NCBI GenBank assembly: GCA_046497275.1
Contig: JAWOFX010000011.1
Location: 1-6,547, forward strand
Origin: Promethearchaeia archaeon
GTDB taxonomy: Archaea; Asgardarchaeota; Lokiarchaeia; Sigyniarchaeales; SOKP01
DNA: 6,547 nucleotides
Direction of reading: 5' to 3'
Under the pieces are notes generated by a model. The model saw nothing but the letters and a program-made list of their open reading frames with translations, had not been told where the DNA came from and ran no database searches. Of the stretch, positions 5,574-6,547 are shown in pieces (position 1 is the stretch's first letter; every line of letters begins with the position of its first letter). The translations under genes and the position numbers were made by a program.

Positions 5574-5822
5574 ATGTCCGAAAACAATGAAAAAATAACA
5601 ACCTGTCCCTATTGCGGAGCGAAACTAAAACATCCCTATTGGGCCCATGTTCAAGAAAAACATCCAGAAGAATATCAGAAAAAACAAACGTGGGTGAAAC
5701 TTTTCGAAGATTATAGAGGAATGGGGATGGATGTTAATATTTCACTTCATGTTATCGGTGAGTTATTCAATGTGGAACCTGAAGAGGTTCGCTTCTTTTT
5801 AGAACAAAATAATATTTTATAA
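5574..5822 (+). CDS. Small C2H2-type zinc-finger protein with a C-terminal helical (HTH-like) domain
   Basis: 82 aa with CPYC-x10-H-x4-H (CPYCGAKLKHPYWAHVQEKH), followed by three predicted helices ending VIGELFNVEPEEVRFFL. SD-like AGGCGA upstream. Confidence 0.7.
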   Translation: MSENNEKITTCPYCGAKLKHPYWAHVQEKHPEEYQKKQTWVKLFEDYRGMGMDVNISLHVIGELFNVEPEEVRFFLEQNNIL

Positions 5823-5954
5823 TTTTTATATTGATTTTTTTAAATATGTTATAATAGAAACCAAAACAAAATTGATATAGTTGTAATTGTTTAACTAATT
5901 TAAAAAGAATAGAATAAAAAAATAATAGGAAGAAAAATATTATAAATAATTTAA

Positions 5955-6242
5955 TTAGAACTCTTCTTCTTCAAATTCGTCCTTCAAGAGACCTGCTTGT
6001 TTAAGTAAATCTTCAACAGAATCTCTGGCTTTAATAACTTGATCATTATCTCTAAGATTCAAGTTATCAATCACTGAATCCGAAAATTCCATGAATTTTT
6101 TAATGCTTTGCGAGGAAAAATCTTTGACTTTCTCACTCGTCTCTTCAATAAATTCTCTTCCGGATTCACCAAATGCACTTTCTGCAAAATTTAACAAAGC
6201 TTCATTTAATTGATCGAGAATATTCTTTTTTTCTTCACTCAT
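5955..6242 (-). CDS. Acidic all-helical hypothetical protein
   Basis: 95-aa ORF with ATG start, protein-like amphipathic periodicity, no Cys/Trp/Tyr/His/Pro, and an acidic tail DEFEEEEF. It is flanked by AT-rich intergenic DNA. Family not recognised. Confidence 0.7.
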   Translation of the reverse strand: MSEEKKNILDQLNEALLNFAESAFGESGREFIEETSEKVKDFSSQSIKKFMEFSDSVIDNLNLRDNDQVIKARDSVEDLLKQAGLLKDEFEEEEF

Positions 6243-6547
6243 ATAAATCGCTTATATTTTATTGTTTTAAATTTAAAAATATTTAATTCATTTAAAAATT
6301 GTGCTATAACTACCCATATTTGTTATATGATTTTGGTAATATAAAAATTAAAACAAAAATTGAGTATATTTTTTGTTTTTTCTTTTTGACTGAATTTGAA
6401 AAATCTTTAATTCAAAACCGACAATAATCTTGGCTATGCCAATTCTTTTAATGTCGGAAGAGATGGAGCAATGTTTTTTGAATGAAAATCGCCCTTTTGT
6501 CCATTTTTGATGAGAAAATTGCTGTTCTTGATCATTTTTGAATATTT

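Noticed and set aside
6350-6442. Hairpins AAAACAAAAA/TTTTTGTTTT (6350-6379) and TTGGC-TAT-GCCAA (6430-6442) as IS ends or terminators
   Set aside because: Low-complexity or very short stems; no transposase, paired terminal repeat or target-site duplication is visible.
1-6547. CRISPR array, tRNA/rRNA, integrase or known defence system
   Set aside because: No regularly spaced direct repeats, cloverleaf, GC-rich structured RNA or diagnostic catalytic motifs were found; all intergenic gaps are short and AT-rich.

Overview
AT-rich, gene-dense prokaryotic window with nine credible protein-coding genes and one unannotated gene remnant. I see no RNA genes, CRISPR array or recognisable mobile element. 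The stand-alone longin-type protein and overall gene style suggest an Asgard archaeon (Lokiarchaeia-like); this is inference. Left: a 527-aa protein with a seven-bladed beta-propeller carrying FG-GAP-like DxDxDG loops (reminiscent of eukaryotic BBS2/ITFG2), followed by two tandem winged-helix repeats. The second repeat aligns without gaps to the ADAR1 Z-alpha domain but lacks its key Asn/Tyr. This gene is convergent with a longin-fold gene. Middle: a Cys/metal-rich cluster comprising a small Cys-rich protein, a DHPS-like/Tflp-type MBL-fold hydrolase, a 50-codon C-terminal remnant of a second MBL paralog, a multi-Cys 2x[4Fe-4S] protein and two tandem C_GCAxxG_C_C proteins, with a perfect 10-bp inverted repeat in the divergent promoter. 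Right: a small C2H2 zinc-finger/HTH-like protein and an acidic helical hypothetical protein. Family assignments come from motif recognition and recalled sequences, not database searches.
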